Source: Escherichia coli
GTDB lineage: Bacteria > Pseudomonadota > Gammaproteobacteria > Enterobacterales > Enterobacteriaceae
NCBI RefSeq assembly: GCF_001677475.2
Contig: NZ_CP015229.1
Strand: one strand, 5' to 3'
Length of the DNA stretch: 64,000 bases
The notes beneath the pieces were generated by a model. It ran no database searches. It was not told where the DNA came from and saw only the letters and a program-made list of their open reading frames with translations. Both the position numbers and the translations under genes were made by a program. Numbering within the stretch: the stretch's first letter is position 1; every line of letters starts with the position of its first letter. Shown in pieces: positions 41,237 through 51,580 of the stretch.

Positions 41237-42768
41237 CACAGATGAACACGTTCAGTGAATCCGATGTTCTGCTGCCGTATCAGAAACGCTGGGTGGCGGA
41301 TGATTCAAAACTGAAAATCGCCGAGAAATCACGCCGTACCGGGTTAACCTGGGCGGAAGCGGCAGATGCAGCACTGACCGCATCACTGAAGAAGGAAAAC
41401 GGCGGGCGCGATCACTTTTATATCGGTTCGAATAAGGAGATGGCCCGCGAATTTATCGACGCCGTAGCGATGTGGGCGAAAGCGTTTAATGCGGCAGCGG
41501 AAGAAATCCGCGAGGAAGTGATCACCGACGAAGACATGGACATTCTGACGTTCGTCGTGTACTTCGCCAGCGGTTTTAAGGTCAAGGCGCTGTCCAGCAA
41601 TCCGGGCAACATTCGCGGGATGCAGGGGAATGTCACCATCGACGAAGCGGCGTTTCATGAAAAACTGGATGAGGTACTCAAGGCGGTCACACCACTGACC
41701 ACGTGGGGCGGTAAGGTTCGCCTTATCTCCACCCATGACGGCGTGGACAACCCGTTTAACCAGCTGATTCAGGAGAGCCGCGCAGGCAAAAAAGATTACC
41801 GTATTCACACCATCACGCTGGATGACGCCTGCAGTGACGGGCTGTACCGGCGTATCTGTCAGGTACGCGGCATGGAGTGGTCACCGGAGGCCGAGGCGGA
41901 ATGGAAAGAAGGCCTGCTGCGAAATACCGCCACCCGCGAAGACGCCCTGGAGGAATATTACTGCGTCCCGAAAAACGGCGGCGGCACGTATATCCCCCGC
42001 TCAATGCGTGAACGTGCAGCCCGTGGCACCGGAAAAGTGTTGCGCTTTACCGGCACACCGGAATTTAACGCACTGACGGAAAGCCAGCGCCGGGCAGATA
42101 TCCGGGAATGGCTGGAAACGGTGGTGCGCCCTGAACTGGAAAAACTCCCACAGAACCTGCGCCACTGTCTGGGGGAAGACTTTGCGCGTTCGGGTGACCT
42201 GACTGTGCTGGCCCCGGTGACGGTGAACGACGACACCACCCGCGAGGTGCCGTTCCTGGTTGAGCTTGCCAATGTGCCGTTTAAACAGCAGGAGCAGGTA
42301 CTGTTCTGGCTTTGCGATCGTCTGCCCCGTCGTGACGGCATCAAAATGGATGCGCGGGGGAATGGTCAGTATCTGGCAGAACAGGCGGCGGAGCGGTACG
42401 GCGACGAGGTGGAACAGGTGATGCTGTCCGTGGCGTTTTACCGTGAAAACATGCCCCGTTTCCGTGCGGCGTTTGAAGATGATGAGCTGATCCTTCCGAA
42501 GCATGAAGACGTGATCAATGACCTCGGGGCCATTCAGTTACTGCGTGGCGTTCCCGGCATTGATGATTCACGAACCAGAGGCAGCGACGGTCACAAACGT
42601 CACGGCGACGCCGCTGTGGCCATTTTCCTGGGCTTCCTTGCCAGTAAAGATGACTGCCACCGTTACGAACTGCACCGTCTGAACCGCCCGGCGAAACCGG
42701 AAGAACGCAACGCGCGCCGCCAGCTGAAGCTGACGCGCGGCCTGAAAAATGAGGGAGGTTTACTGTGA
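41233..42768 (+). CDS. Terminase large subunit (Mu gp28 family)
   Basis: 511 aa; position and sequence character. Confidence 0.88.
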   Translation: MTQMNTFSESDVLLPYQKRWVADDSKLKIAEKSRRTGLTWAEAADAALTASLKKENGGRDHFYIGSNKEMAREFIDAVAMWAKAFNAAAEEIREEVITDEDMDILTFVVYFASGFKVKALSSNPGNIRGMQGNVTIDEAAFHEKLDEVLKAVTPLTTWGGKVRLISTHDGVDNPFNQLIQESRAGKKDYRIHTITLDDACSDGLYRRICQVRGMEWSPEAEAEWKEGLLRNTATREDALEEYYCVPKNGGGTYIPRSMRERAARGTGKVLRFTGTPEFNALTESQRRADIREWLETVVRPELEKLPQNLRHCLGEDFARSGDLTVLAPVTVNDDTTREVPFLVELANVPFKQQEQVLFWLCDRLPRRDGIKMDARGNGQYLAEQAAERYGDEVEQVMLSVAFYRENMPRFRAAFEDDELILPKHEDVINDLGAIQLLRGVPGIDDSRTRGSDGHKRHGDAAVAIFLGFLASKDDCHRYELHRLNRPAKPEERNARRQLKLTRGLKNEGGLL

Positions 42769-44336
42769 ACCAGAAACAACAGGCCGGGGCCGCACGCCGT
42801 CTGCTGAACCCGGCAACCGGTGAGGAAGACACGCTGAAAAAAGAGGCGCTCAACGAAGCACAGGCCCGTCCGCGTCAGGCTGGCGTGCGTCCGGCCTCGC
42901 CGGGCATCAGCATCGCCTCCGGGCTGAATCCCGGCAGGCTGGCAGGCATTCTGCGCAATGCCGCCAACGGTATCACGCGTGATTTTTTTATCCTTGCCGA
43001 AGAGATGGAAGAACGCGATTTGCATTACGCCTCGGTGCTGCGCACCCGCAAGCTGACGGTGGCGGGTATTGAACCGGTGGTGGTGGCTGCCAGTGATGAC
43101 GATGCCGACGTACAGCTGGCGGATGCCATACGTGCGCTGATGGAAGCCCCGCAAATCCCCGAGCTGATGTTTGATTTGCTCGACGGGCTGGGAAAAGGCG
43201 TGGCGGTCTGTGAAATTTTGTGGAACACCCGCAACAACCACTGGGTGCCCCGTGATTATGAGTGGGTTGATCCCCGTTTTCTGAAAGCCGAAAAGCCCAC
43301 TCTGCGCCGGTTCCGCCTGCTGACTGACGATGAACCGGTGGATGGCGTACCGCTGACACCGGGAAAATTCATTGTTCACCAGCCGCGTCTGAAATCCGGT
43401 CTGCCGCTGCGTAACGGTCTGGCCCGTCTGGTGGCTGTGATGTATATGCTGAAATCCTTTACCGTGCGTGACTGGTGGGCATTTGCGGAAAAATTCGGCA
43501 TTCCGGTTACGGTGGGGAAATACGGTCCCAACGCCACGGAGGAGCAAATCCGCGTGCTGATTGATGCGATTGCCTCCATTGCCTCAGATGCCGGGTGTGC
43601 CATTCCGCAGTCCATGCAACTGGAGATGCAGGAAACCGCCAGCCGGAATAACGGCGGCGCGCTGTTCCGTGAAATGGCTGAATGGTGCGATGCGCAAATC
43701 AGTAAAGCCGTACTGGGGCAGACCATGACCACAGATAATGGCAGTTCGCGTTCACAGGCGGACGTGCACAATCAGGTGCGCATGGACATTGTGCGCTGGG
43801 ACGCGCGACAGCTGGCTAACACGCTGAATGAATATCTGGTGCGTCCCTACATCGAGGCCAACTACGGGCCACAGGCGCACTATCCCCGTGTTGTTCTGCG
43901 TATCAGTGAAGCCGAAGATCTGAAGGCGCTGACTGATGCTCTGGTGCCACTGATTGACCGGGGGATGCGGGTTCAGGAATCGGAGCTGCGGGATCGGTTC
44001 GGCCTGGCGGAACCGGACGAAGGGGCTGATGTTCTGCATCCGGTGTCTGCCGGAATGTCAGGTGATATGGCGATGAACCACGAGCGCGTCGCCCTGAACC
44101 GGGAACACCCCGACGAACTGGCACAGATGGTGGATGATGCCCTGCGTGACTGGCAGAAAACCGGCGAGGCGTTCACAAACCCGGTGCTGACACTGGCGCA
44201 GGAATGCGACAGTTTTGATGACTTTCTGAAACGCCTGCCTGAGCTTCAGGAAACGCTGAACGCGGACGACTTTGCCCTGCAACTGGCGGAGGTGTGCTTT
44301 AAGGCCCGTGCGCTGGGAGACACTGGTCATGCGTGA
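42765..44336 (+). CDS. Portal protein (Mu gp29 family)
   Basis: 523 aa; follows terminase with ATGA overlap. Confidence 0.88.
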   Translation: MNQKQQAGAARRLLNPATGEEDTLKKEALNEAQARPRQAGVRPASPGISIASGLNPGRLAGILRNAANGITRDFFILAEEMEERDLHYASVLRTRKLTVAGIEPVVVAASDDDADVQLADAIRALMEAPQIPELMFDLLDGLGKGVAVCEILWNTRNNHWVPRDYEWVDPRFLKAEKPTLRRFRLLTDDEPVDGVPLTPGKFIVHQPRLKSGLPLRNGLARLVAVMYMLKSFTVRDWWAFAEKFGIPVTVGKYGPNATEEQIRVLIDAIASIASDAGCAIPQSMQLEMQETASRNNGGALFREMAEWCDAQISKAVLGQTMTTDNGSSRSQADVHNQVRMDIVRWDARQLANTLNEYLVRPYIEANYGPQAHYPRVVLRISEAEDLKALTDALVPLIDRGMRVQESELRDRFGLAEPDEGADVLHPVSAGMSGDMAMNHERVALNREHPDELAQMVDDALRDWQKTGEAFTNPVLTLAQECDSFDDFLKRLPELQETLNADDFALQLAEVCFKARALGDTGHA

Positions 44337-45093
44337 AACCCTCATCCCGAAAGAGGCGCTGGCGTGGCTGAAGGCGAAGAAGCTGCGCCCCGGTTTTGAT
44401 TACCGGGATGTGTGGCGGGAAGAACACCGGAACAGCTTCACCGTGGCAAAAATGCTGCAACTGGATTTGTTGTCGGATGTGAAATCCCTTGTGGAAGACG
44501 CCCTGCAAAGCGGGCAGACGTTCAGCGAGTTCCGGGAGATGCTGCAACCGCTGCTGATAAAACGCGGATGGTGGGGCGTACAGGAGATGGATGATCCGCT
44601 GACGGGCGAAAGGCGCACCGTGCAACTGGGCAGCGACCGCCGCCTCCGCACGATTTTTGACACCAACATGCGCACCGCCCGCGCGGCGGGCCAGTGGGAA
44701 CGCATTCAGCGGACAAAGCGGGCCATGCCGTATCTGATTTATGAGCTGGGGCCATCCCGCGAGCACCGGGCGGAGCATGTGAAATGGGCGCGTCTGTGTC
44801 TGCCTGTAGACCACCCGTTCTGGCAGACGCATTTCGCCCCTAACGGCTGGGGCTGCAAATGCACCATCCGTCAGGTCAGCCGTGGTGAGTATGCGCAACT
44901 GGCGGCACAGGGCACCATTCACACCGAAGCGCCGGAAATCAGGACTGTCCGCTGGGTGAACAAACGTACGGGCGAAGAGGAAGAGGTGCCGGAAGGGATT
45001 GATCCGGGCTGGAACTACAATCCCGGTATAAACCGTGAGCAGGAGCTGGCGCGCCAGCTGGCGACAAAACAGGCCCGTTTTGACAGTGAGTAA
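44329..45093 (+). CDS. Head morphogenesis protein (Mu F family)
   Basis: 254 aa from ATG 44329 overlapping the portal stop. Confidence 0.85.
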   Translation: MRETLIPKEALAWLKAKKLRPGFDYRDVWREEHRNSFTVAKMLQLDLLSDVKSLVEDALQSGQTFSEFREMLQPLLIKRGWWGVQEMDDPLTGERRTVQLGSDRRLRTIFDTNMRTARAAGQWERIQRTKRAMPYLIYELGPSREHRAEHVKWARLCLPVDHPFWQTHFAPNGWGCKCTIRQVSRGEYAQLAAQGTIHTEAPEIRTVRWVNKRTGEEEEVPEGIDPGWNYNPGINREQELARQLATKQARFDSE

Positions 45094-45235
45094 CCCTCCC
45101 GCCGTAAATCCCCCTGAAACGCATCAGAAACGCGTTTTTTATTCTGATGGCGTGAATGTGCATTCTGACGTTTTTGAAGATGCTGTGGCGTTTTTGAAGG
45201 GGTTTTGAAGGGGGTATTTCCCCGTTTTCAGTGAA

Positions 45236-45257
45236 GCCGGTAAATCCGGCTTTTTTT
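45236..45257 (+). terminator. Rho-independent terminator after F; same sequence as the one after mor
   Basis: GCCGG-TAAAT-CCGGC plus seven T; 26 bp identical to 37497-37522. Confidence 0.6.
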
Positions 45258-45306
45258 CTGCCTTCCGCATACTGACCGTCGGTAACCCCAGACGACGGAG
45301 ACTGAC

Positions 45307-46263
45307 ATGCAACCGGAACTGCTGGCGCTGTGTTTTTCCCTGCCAGAACCCATCCCTGAGCTGACACCTGCTCAACTGCCGGAATGGCTCGAACTTGTCC
45401 CTGCGGGTGAGTTCACCGGGCGCGATGGCCGGACGTGGATTAACCGCAATCCGCATGAGGTGGTTGCCCGTTCGTCCGGCATCAAAATTCCGGTGGATAT
45501 TGAACACGCCACCGAAATTAAAGGCCCGCGTGGTGAAGATGCTCCGGCGTATGGCTGGGTGGAAGAACTGCGGGTGACGGACAGCAGCACCATTGAAGGG
45601 CGTGTTGTCTGGAGCGAGTCCGCCCGCTGGATGCTGAGCGAGCGCCGCTACCGCTATTACAGCCCGGCGTTTTTCTTTGACGCGGAAGGCGTAGTGACGC
45701 GCCTGTCCAGCGTCGGGCTGACCAACAAACCTAACCTGGATTTTCCTGCACTGAATACGGAGAAAAACCTGATGACAGTACCTGTGCAAATCACCGGCCT
45801 GCTTGGGCTGGCTGAATCTGCCACGGTGGACGATACCGTGGCCGCCATTAAACAACTTCAGGAGAACGAACAGGTGGCGCTGAACCGCGCACAGACACCT
45901 GATCTGACGAAGTTTGTGCCGGTGGAAACCCACAATCTGGCCCTGAACCGTGCCGAAACCGCAGAACAACGCCTTCAGCAACTTGAAGAGAAGGAAGCAG
46001 AAGCGCTTGTGGATGCGGCCATCGAAGCCGGAAAAGTGGCCCCGGCAAACCGTGACATGTTCCTTGCCACCTGCCGCACGGAAGAAGGCCGCAAACAGTT
46101 TGCGGAGTACACCAGAGGCGCACAGCCGCTGGTGAACAACGACAAGCCCAGCCAGGGCAAGGATAAACCCGCGCAGACACTGACCGACACCGAACTGGCG
46201 ATGTGCCGCAGCATGGGTATTACCGGGGAAGAGTTCCTCGCCGCTAAACCGAAACAGGAGTAA
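45307..46263 (+). CDS. Head protease/scaffold protein (Mu I family)
   Basis: 318 aa; immediately upstream of the major capsid gene. Confidence 0.8.
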   Translation: MQPELLALCFSLPEPIPELTPAQLPEWLELVPAGEFTGRDGRTWINRNPHEVVARSSGIKIPVDIEHATEIKGPRGEDAPAYGWVEELRVTDSSTIEGRVVWSESARWMLSERRYRYYSPAFFFDAEGVVTRLSSVGLTNKPNLDFPALNTEKNLMTVPVQITGLLGLAESATVDDTVAAIKQLQENEQVALNRAQTPDLTKFVPVETHNLALNRAETAEQRLQQLEEKEAEALVDAAIEAGKVAPANRDMFLATCRTEEGRKQFAEYTRGAQPLVNNDKPSQGKDKPAQTLTDTELAMCRSMGITGEEFLAAKPKQE

Positions 46264-46270
46264 GTAACAC

Positions 46271-47176
46271 ATGTCACAGACTATCAGTTCTGAAATCCTT
46301 CATGCACTGACCACCTGCCTGAGCGCCGCCTTTACCCGTGGACTGAGTGGTGTCGAACCGCAGTGGAATCGTATTGCTTCTGAGGTGCCGAGTTCGTCCG
46401 CCTCCAACACCTACGGCTGGATGAAAGATTTACCGGACATCAAAGAATGGGTCGGTGAGCGTCAGCTGGCAACGCTGGACGGTTATGGTTACACCATCAC
46501 CAACAAACTCTGGGAAAGTTCCATTCGCGTTAAGCGCGAACACATTGAAGATGACCAGATAGGTCAGTACAGCATTACCGCCGAACGCTATGGCCGTATG
46601 ACTGCTGTGTTCCCGGACAAGCTGTGTTACGCCCTGTTGTGTGCCGGGTTTAACACCCTGTGCTTTGACGGCCAGAACTTCTTTGATGAAGACCACCCGC
46701 TGGGCGACGGCACCTACAGCAACGTTGTCGGTACACCAGGAACGGACCAGGGCGAACCGTGGTTTCTGATTGATGAGTCGCAGGTGCTGAAACCCATCAT
46801 CTGGCAGACGCGACGCGCCTTTAAATTTGAAGCCCTGGACGATCTGAACAGCGAGCACACCTTCAAGAACCACGAGTTCCTGTACGGCGTGGACGGTCGC
46901 TGTAATGCGGGCTTCGGCTTCTGGCAGACCGCCGTCGGTTCCCGTGCAGCACTGACGGTGGAGAACTACAAAAAAGCCAATGAGTTGCTGCGGGGCATGA
47001 AGGGCACCAACGGTGAGCCGCTGGGCATCCGCCCGACCACCCTTGTGGTGGGGCCGAAAAACCGTGCGGACGCGAAGCTCATTATTGACGCCATGCTGGT
47101 TAACGGCGGCGATTCCAACATCTGGTACAAGGATGTGGAGATCGTGGACAGCCCGTACATCACCACCCCGGCATAA
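46271..47176 (+). CDS. Major capsid protein (Mu T family)
   Basis: 301 aa; position and sequence character. Confidence 0.88.
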   Translation: MSQTISSEILHALTTCLSAAFTRGLSGVEPQWNRIASEVPSSSASNTYGWMKDLPDIKEWVGERQLATLDGYGYTITNKLWESSIRVKREHIEDDQIGQYSITAERYGRMTAVFPDKLCYALLCAGFNTLCFDGQNFFDEDHPLGDGTYSNVVGTPGTDQGEPWFLIDESQVLKPIIWQTRRAFKFEALDDLNSEHTFKNHEFLYGVDGRCNAGFGFWQTAVGSRAALTVENYKKANELLRGMKGTNGEPLGIRPTTLVVGPKNRADAKLIIDAMLVNGGDSNIWYKDVEIVDSPYITTPA

Positions 47177-47200
47177 CCCGTCATCCGTAATCTGTAACCC

Positions 47201-47236
47201 GCAGTTAAAAGGCGCTGCGAATGCCCTTTTAACTGC
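47201..47236 (+). terminator. Stem-loop after the major capsid gene (terminator or attenuator candidate)
   Basis: GCAGTTAAAAGG...CCCTTTTAACTGC inverted repeat 25 bp after the capsid stop, followed by the palindrome GCCTTTTAAAAGGC. Confidence 0.4.
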
Positions 47237-47254
47237 CTTTTAAAAGGCAGAGTC

Positions 47255-47566
47255 ATGAGTGAAAAAGCAGGAACCAAAGGCGCGAAAGCCGCAAAGAACA
47301 GCGCTGCACAGGAAAACCCGGCACCGCTGGCAGACGTTATTGTGGCTGACGGTCAGGCGAATGAACCACGTCCGGCTGAAGACCCGGTTGCTGTACAGGG
47401 TGACGCCCCTGTCCGGCTGAACGTCCGGGCCGTGTCTGAAAACGGGTTCTGGCGCTGTGGCCGTTTCTGGTCACATGCCGGTGAGAATGTGGCGGTGATC
47501 GCTGCGGTTGCCACCCGCCTGATGGCAGAGCCGAATCTGATTGTCCGGGAAGCGGAGAAAGGCTGA
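47255..47566 (+). CDS. Hypothetical head-region protein
   Basis: 103 aa, Ala/Pro-rich N-terminus. Confidence 0.5.
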   Translation: MSEKAGTKGAKAAKNSAAQENPAPLADVIVADGQANEPRPAEDPVAVQGDAPVRLNVRAVSENGFWRCGRFWSHAGENVAVIAAVATRLMAEPNLIVREAEKG

Positions 47567-48003
47567 TGGGGTACATCACGCAGGAAGACCTGTTACGCGC
47601 GGACGGCAATCTTGTCTGGAACATGGCGATTAACCGGGAAACCAACGGGCTGGACGAGGACAAAATCCGTCAGGCCATCAGTGATGCCGAAGCGGAAATT
47701 GATTCGTTTCTGTCCCGCCGCTACCAGCTGCCGCTGGGAGTGACGGAAATCCCGCGCCCGCTGCAACGCGTGGCAGTATCGCTGGCGTTTTACTGGTTGT
47801 CAGAGCGTGACAATCAAATCACTGAGCTGATCCAGAAACGCTACGACGACGCCATTAAAACCCTGCGTGAGATGGCGAACGGCACCCGTGACCTGGGTCT
47901 GCCGACGTATGCCACCCCGGCAGAAACCGACCACGGGAAGATCATTGTAGTGGGTGCCAATGCCCGGCTGTTCACCCGTAACAACCTGAAAGGGGTGCTG
48001 TGA
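47566..48003 (+). CDS. Mu gp36-like protein (DUF1320 family)
   Basis: 145 aa; position. Confidence 0.6.
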   Translation: MGYITQEDLLRADGNLVWNMAINRETNGLDEDKIRQAISDAEAEIDSFLSRRYQLPLGVTEIPRPLQRVAVSLAFYWLSERDNQITELIQKRYDDAIKTLREMANGTRDLGLPTYATPAETDHGKIIVVGANARLFTRNNLKGVL

Positions 48004-48545
48004 TGGGGATTTCTGTACAGGTCAGCGGTGACCAGCGTCTGGAGGATATCCGCCGCGCCGTTGAAAAGCTGGCAGATGGTTCATTGCAGGCAGAGCTGCT
48101 GGAAAGCATCGGTGCGGTGGTGGAATCACAGACCCGCCGCCGCATCATCGATGAGAAAACCAGTCCGGGTGGCGAACGCTGGCCGGACTGGTCTGACGGG
48201 TACAAAAAGACCCGCCACGGCAACCAGAGTCTGCTGCGCGGTGAAGGCCATCTGCTGGAGAGTATCCAGTACATCGTGGAAAACCGTGTGGTGCGTATCG
48301 GTTCACCGCTGGATTATGCCCGCATCATGAATGACGGCTTTTCCGGCAGTGTGCCGGTCAGCGCCCACAAACGGCTTATCTCGCAGTGTTTCGGGCGGGC
48401 GCTGAAATATCCGGTCTGGCAGACCGTCGGCGCACATAACCGCATGATGAACATTCCACAACGTGAATTTCTGGGGCTGTCTTCTGCCAACCAGCAGGAG
48501 CTGCAACAGGTTATCAGTCATTTCTGGAAGGAGGTTCTGCCATGA
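48000..48545 (+). CDS. Virion morphogenesis protein (Mu G family)
   Basis: 181 aa; sequence character of Mu G-like late proteins. Confidence 0.75.
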   Translation: MMGISVQVSGDQRLEDIRRAVEKLADGSLQAELLESIGAVVESQTRRRIIDEKTSPGGERWPDWSDGYKKTRHGNQSLLRGEGHLLESIQYIVENRVVRIGSPLDYARIMNDGFSGSVPVSAHKRLISQCFGRALKYPVWQTVGAHNRMMNIPQREFLGLSSANQQELQQVISHFWKEVLP

Positions 48546-49153
48546 CAGAACAACGCCCTGAACTGCGCACACCGGGGAGCACCGTTGCGGCCGCAGAGCG
48601 CATTGTGGCCTGGCTGAAAACAGCACTTCAGGGGAAAACCCCTGACCGGGCCGACGTGGTGGAGCGTCACATCGGCCAGTTCAACAGCCCGGAAGAAGTG
48701 AAGCGCTATCTGTCCGGTCGTACCGGCTGTATCCGGGTAGCTGCCCTGCGTGTCCGGGATATCAACCCGCGCGGCGGGCTGTCCGGTCTGGTCACCTGGG
48801 TGGCTTACATCATGGCAACGGATTCGTGGGGGTATTCCCGCGACGTGCGCTGTGAAGTGCTGGCCGAAAAGGTGATCAAACGCCTGCTGTCGTCGGATGC
48901 CACAGCGGGCATGGGGGCTGAACGCATGGCCGCTGATGTGCGGGCAGACAACATTTACTCCGCCAGCCTCGACGGGCTGGGTGTCACCATGTGGGCGGTG
49001 ACGTGGGAGCAGGAATTTCAGCTGGATGAAGAGATTGATCTCGCCGCGCTCCCGGACTTCCTGCGCCTCGGAGCGACGCTGCGCAGCGGTGAACATACTG
49101 AGATTAACGACGTGATCCATGTACGGGGTGACGATGGAACAGAAACTGATTAA
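48542..49153 (+). CDS. Mu gp37-like protein
   Basis: 203 aa; position. Confidence 0.6.
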   Translation: MTEQRPELRTPGSTVAAAERIVAWLKTALQGKTPDRADVVERHIGQFNSPEEVKRYLSGRTGCIRVAALRVRDINPRGGLSGLVTWVAYIMATDSWGYSRDVRCEVLAEKVIKRLLSSDATAGMGAERMAADVRADNIYSASLDGLGVTMWAVTWEQEFQLDEEIDLAALPDFLRLGATLRSGEHTEINDVIHVRGDDGTETD

Positions 49154-49337
49154 GCCAGCGCGGGAAAACGTCCGTGTCCGTAAACCGGATGGCGCGCATT
49201 TATCCCCGGAAGGGGAACGTCTCGACGTCGGGGCGTACTGGCGACGTCGTGAAGCCGAGGGGGATGTGGTGATTGCTGATGTTCCGGCAGAAACATCCCT
49301 CCCTGAAACCAAAAATCAGAAACGAAAGAGGAAGTAA
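49119..49337 (+). CDS. Mu gp38-like small protein
   Basis: 72 aa; position. Confidence 0.5.
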   Translation: MYGVTMEQKLIKPARENVRVRKPDGAHLSPEGERLDVGAYWRRREAEGDVVIADVPAETSLPETKNQKRKRK

Positions 49338-49341
49338 ATCT

Positions 49342-50817
49342 ATGTCGCTGGGTTCAATTCCTGATGATATCCGCGTCCCGCTCGTCGTGATCGATATTGA
49401 CAATTCACAGGCGCTGGACAGTGCATCCGCGCAAAGCCGAAAAATTCTGGTCATGGGCCATGCGGTATCGTCCGGCAGCGCAGACGCCCTGTCACTGACC
49501 CGCATCACCAGTGACAGCCAGGCAGAGCAGCTTTATGGCAAAGGGTCTATGCTGGCTGAAATGCTCAAAATACTGCGTCGTGCCAACACGTACACGGAAA
49601 CCTGGGCAATGCCGGTTGCCGCACCTGTTGGCGCTGCCGCAAAAGCCACGCTGACCGTGCTGGGGACAGCAACAGAGGCCGGAACGGTGGCACTACTGAT
49701 TAACGGTGTCTCCGTTCAGGTGGGCGTGAGCGCCGGGGATACCAAAGAAAACATTGCAAAAGCCATTGCTGATGCGGTGACGAAAAAGCCTGCCACGCAG
49801 GTGGCCGCTGCGGTGAAGGATGATGCCACGGATACCGTGGAGCTGACCGTGAACTGGCACGGCGTCACCGGCAACGGTGCCGACGTTCGCCTGAACTACT
49901 ACACCGGTGAAGCCTTCCCGGCAGGTGTGAAGGTGACCGCAACCGCGTTTACCGGCGGCACCGGGACACCGGAAATGGCAGACGCCGTTGCGGCCATCGG
50001 CCCGGAGTGGTTTACCGATATCATCGCCCCGTTCACCGACACGCAAAGCCTGAACACCCTGCGTGATGAACTGCTGAACCGCTGGGGGCCGCTCAGGATG
50101 ATGGAAGCGCAGCTATGGACGGCGTTTCGTGGCACGCACGGCGAGACAGGCACGTTTGGTGAAACCCGCAATGACTGGCTGATTAGCTGTATCGGCACCA
50201 ACCTGTCACCGCATCCGGCGTGGATGTGGGCCGCGTCATACGGCGCAACGGCAGCGTATCACCTTGCCATTGACCCGGCGCGTCCGCTTCAGACGCTGGT
50301 CCTGACCGGCATTCTGCCGCCTGCGCGTAATGTTCGCTGGGATATGCCGGAACGTAACCTGCTGCTGCATGACGGCATTGCCACGCACATGGTGGACGCC
50401 GGGGATAACGTCTGCATAGAGCGTGAAATCACCATGTACCGGGTTAATCAGTACGGTGATGCGGATGTGTCGTACCTGGATGTGCAGTCGCCCGCCACGC
50501 TGGGCCGTATCCGTTACATCATCAAAAACCGTTTCTCGAACCGTTATCCGCGCCACAAGCTGGCGGATGATGACGTGCTGGACTCGCTGGATGCGGGGCA
50601 GCCGGTGATGACGCCGAAGCTGTGCACCGCAGAGCTGCTGGATATCTGCCAGACCGAACTTATCCCGGCAGGCCTTGTGGAGAACTTCAGCGATTACAGG
50701 GACACGCTTCAGGTGACACGCGACAGCAGCGATAAAAACCGCCTGAACTTTATCTGCCACCCGAATCTGGTGAACCAGCTGCGTGTGCTGGCAGGCCTGA
50801 TTCAGTTCAGAGTTTAA
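49342..50817 (+). CDS. Contractile tail sheath protein (Mu L family)
   Basis: 491 aa from ATG 49342 with AGAGGAAG Shine-Dalgarno. Confidence 0.88.
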   Translation: MSLGSIPDDIRVPLVVIDIDNSQALDSASAQSRKILVMGHAVSSGSADALSLTRITSDSQAEQLYGKGSMLAEMLKILRRANTYTETWAMPVAAPVGAAAKATLTVLGTATEAGTVALLINGVSVQVGVSAGDTKENIAKAIADAVTKKPATQVAAAVKDDATDTVELTVNWHGVTGNGADVRLNYYTGEAFPAGVKVTATAFTGGTGTPEMADAVAAIGPEWFTDIIAPFTDTQSLNTLRDELLNRWGPLRMMEAQLWTAFRGTHGETGTFGETRNDWLISCIGTNLSPHPAWMWAASYGATAAYHLAIDPARPLQTLVLTGILPPARNVRWDMPERNLLLHDGIATHMVDAGDNVCIEREITMYRVNQYGDADVSYLDVQSPATLGRIRYIIKNRFSNRYPRHKLADDDVLDSLDAGQPVMTPKLCTAELLDICQTELIPAGLVENFSDYRDTLQVTRDSSDKNRLNFICHPNLVNQLRVLAGLIQFRV

Positions 50818-50826
50818 GGGGGCCGC

Positions 50827-51183
50827 ATGGCAAAAATTCTTGGCATGGCGACCATTCGCGTGAATGGCCGCGAAATTAAAACCGAGGGGAAATCCACGCT
50901 GAATCCAGGCGGCTTCAGTCGCACCCAGCATATGGGCGGCGGCAAGGTCTGGGGCATCTCCAGCAAGATGGCCTCGCCGTCCATCAAAGTGACCATTGCG
51001 GCGGCTGCGGATATGGACGTGATTGAAATCAGCAGCTGGGAAGACGTCACGGTGATGTTCTACGGCGACAACGGCCTGAACTACATGATGACGGGGTCCG
51101 CCACGGATAACCCGGCGGAGCTGGACGAGGATTCCGGCACCATCAGTGCAAACTTTATCGGTGAAAAATGCGTGAAGGTGTGA
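50827..51183 (+). CDS. Tail tube protein (Mu M family)
   Basis: 118 aa directly after sheath. Confidence 0.85.
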   Translation: MAKILGMATIRVNGREIKTEGKSTLNPGGFSRTQHMGGGKVWGISSKMASPSIKVTIAAAADMDVIEISSWEDVTVMFYGDNGLNYMMTGSATDNPAELDEDSGTISANFIGEKCVKV

Positions 51184-51184
51184 C

Positions 51185-51580
51185 ATGGCCGCGATGGAAT
51201 TTGAACTGAAACACGGGCTTCTGACCGGCAAAGGCACGGCAGATGAAACCCTGCATAAAACCGTGAAGCTGCGCGAACTGACTGCCAGTGATGTGATTGA
51301 TGCGCAACTGGCCGCAGAACGCGTCGTCATGGGCGGGAACGGAAAGGCGGTGGCCTACTGCTCTGAAGTGCTGATGGGGCTGGAGATGATGCGCCGTCAG
51401 GTTGCGGCCATCGGCAGTATTCCCGGCCCGCTGGACATGAAACAGTTGCGAATGCTCCACCCCGCAGACCTTGAGCTTATCAGCACGAAAGCTGCTGCGC
51501 TGGATGACATGCTTGAGGAGGTGGCAACGCGGGGGCGAACTGATGCCGCTGGCGGCGGCACTGATGAACCTGCTGGTTAA
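51185..51580 (+). CDS. Tail assembly chaperone
   Basis: 131 aa between tube and tape measure; an overlapping ORF in another frame (51471..51680) ends just inside the tape-measure gene. Confidence 0.7.
   Translation: MAAMEFELKHGLLTGKGTADETLHKTVKLRELTASDVIDAQLAAERVVMGGNGKAVAYCSEVLMGLEMMRRQVAAIGSIPGPLDMKQLRMLHPADLELISTKAAALDDMLEEVATRGRTDAAGGGTDEPAG

Noticed and set aside
42663-43547. 294-aa minus-strand ORF inside the portal gene
   Set aside because: Antisense to a confidently assigned structural gene; low-complexity composition.
45139-46272. 377-aa minus-strand ORF across the F-I intergenic region and gene I
   Set aside because: Antisense to the protease/scaffold gene and spans a terminator; no ribosome-binding site; GC-rich artefact.
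50236-51330. 364-aa minus-strand ORF inside sheath and tube genes
   Set aside because: Antisense to conserved tail genes; Arg/Ala-rich artefact composition.
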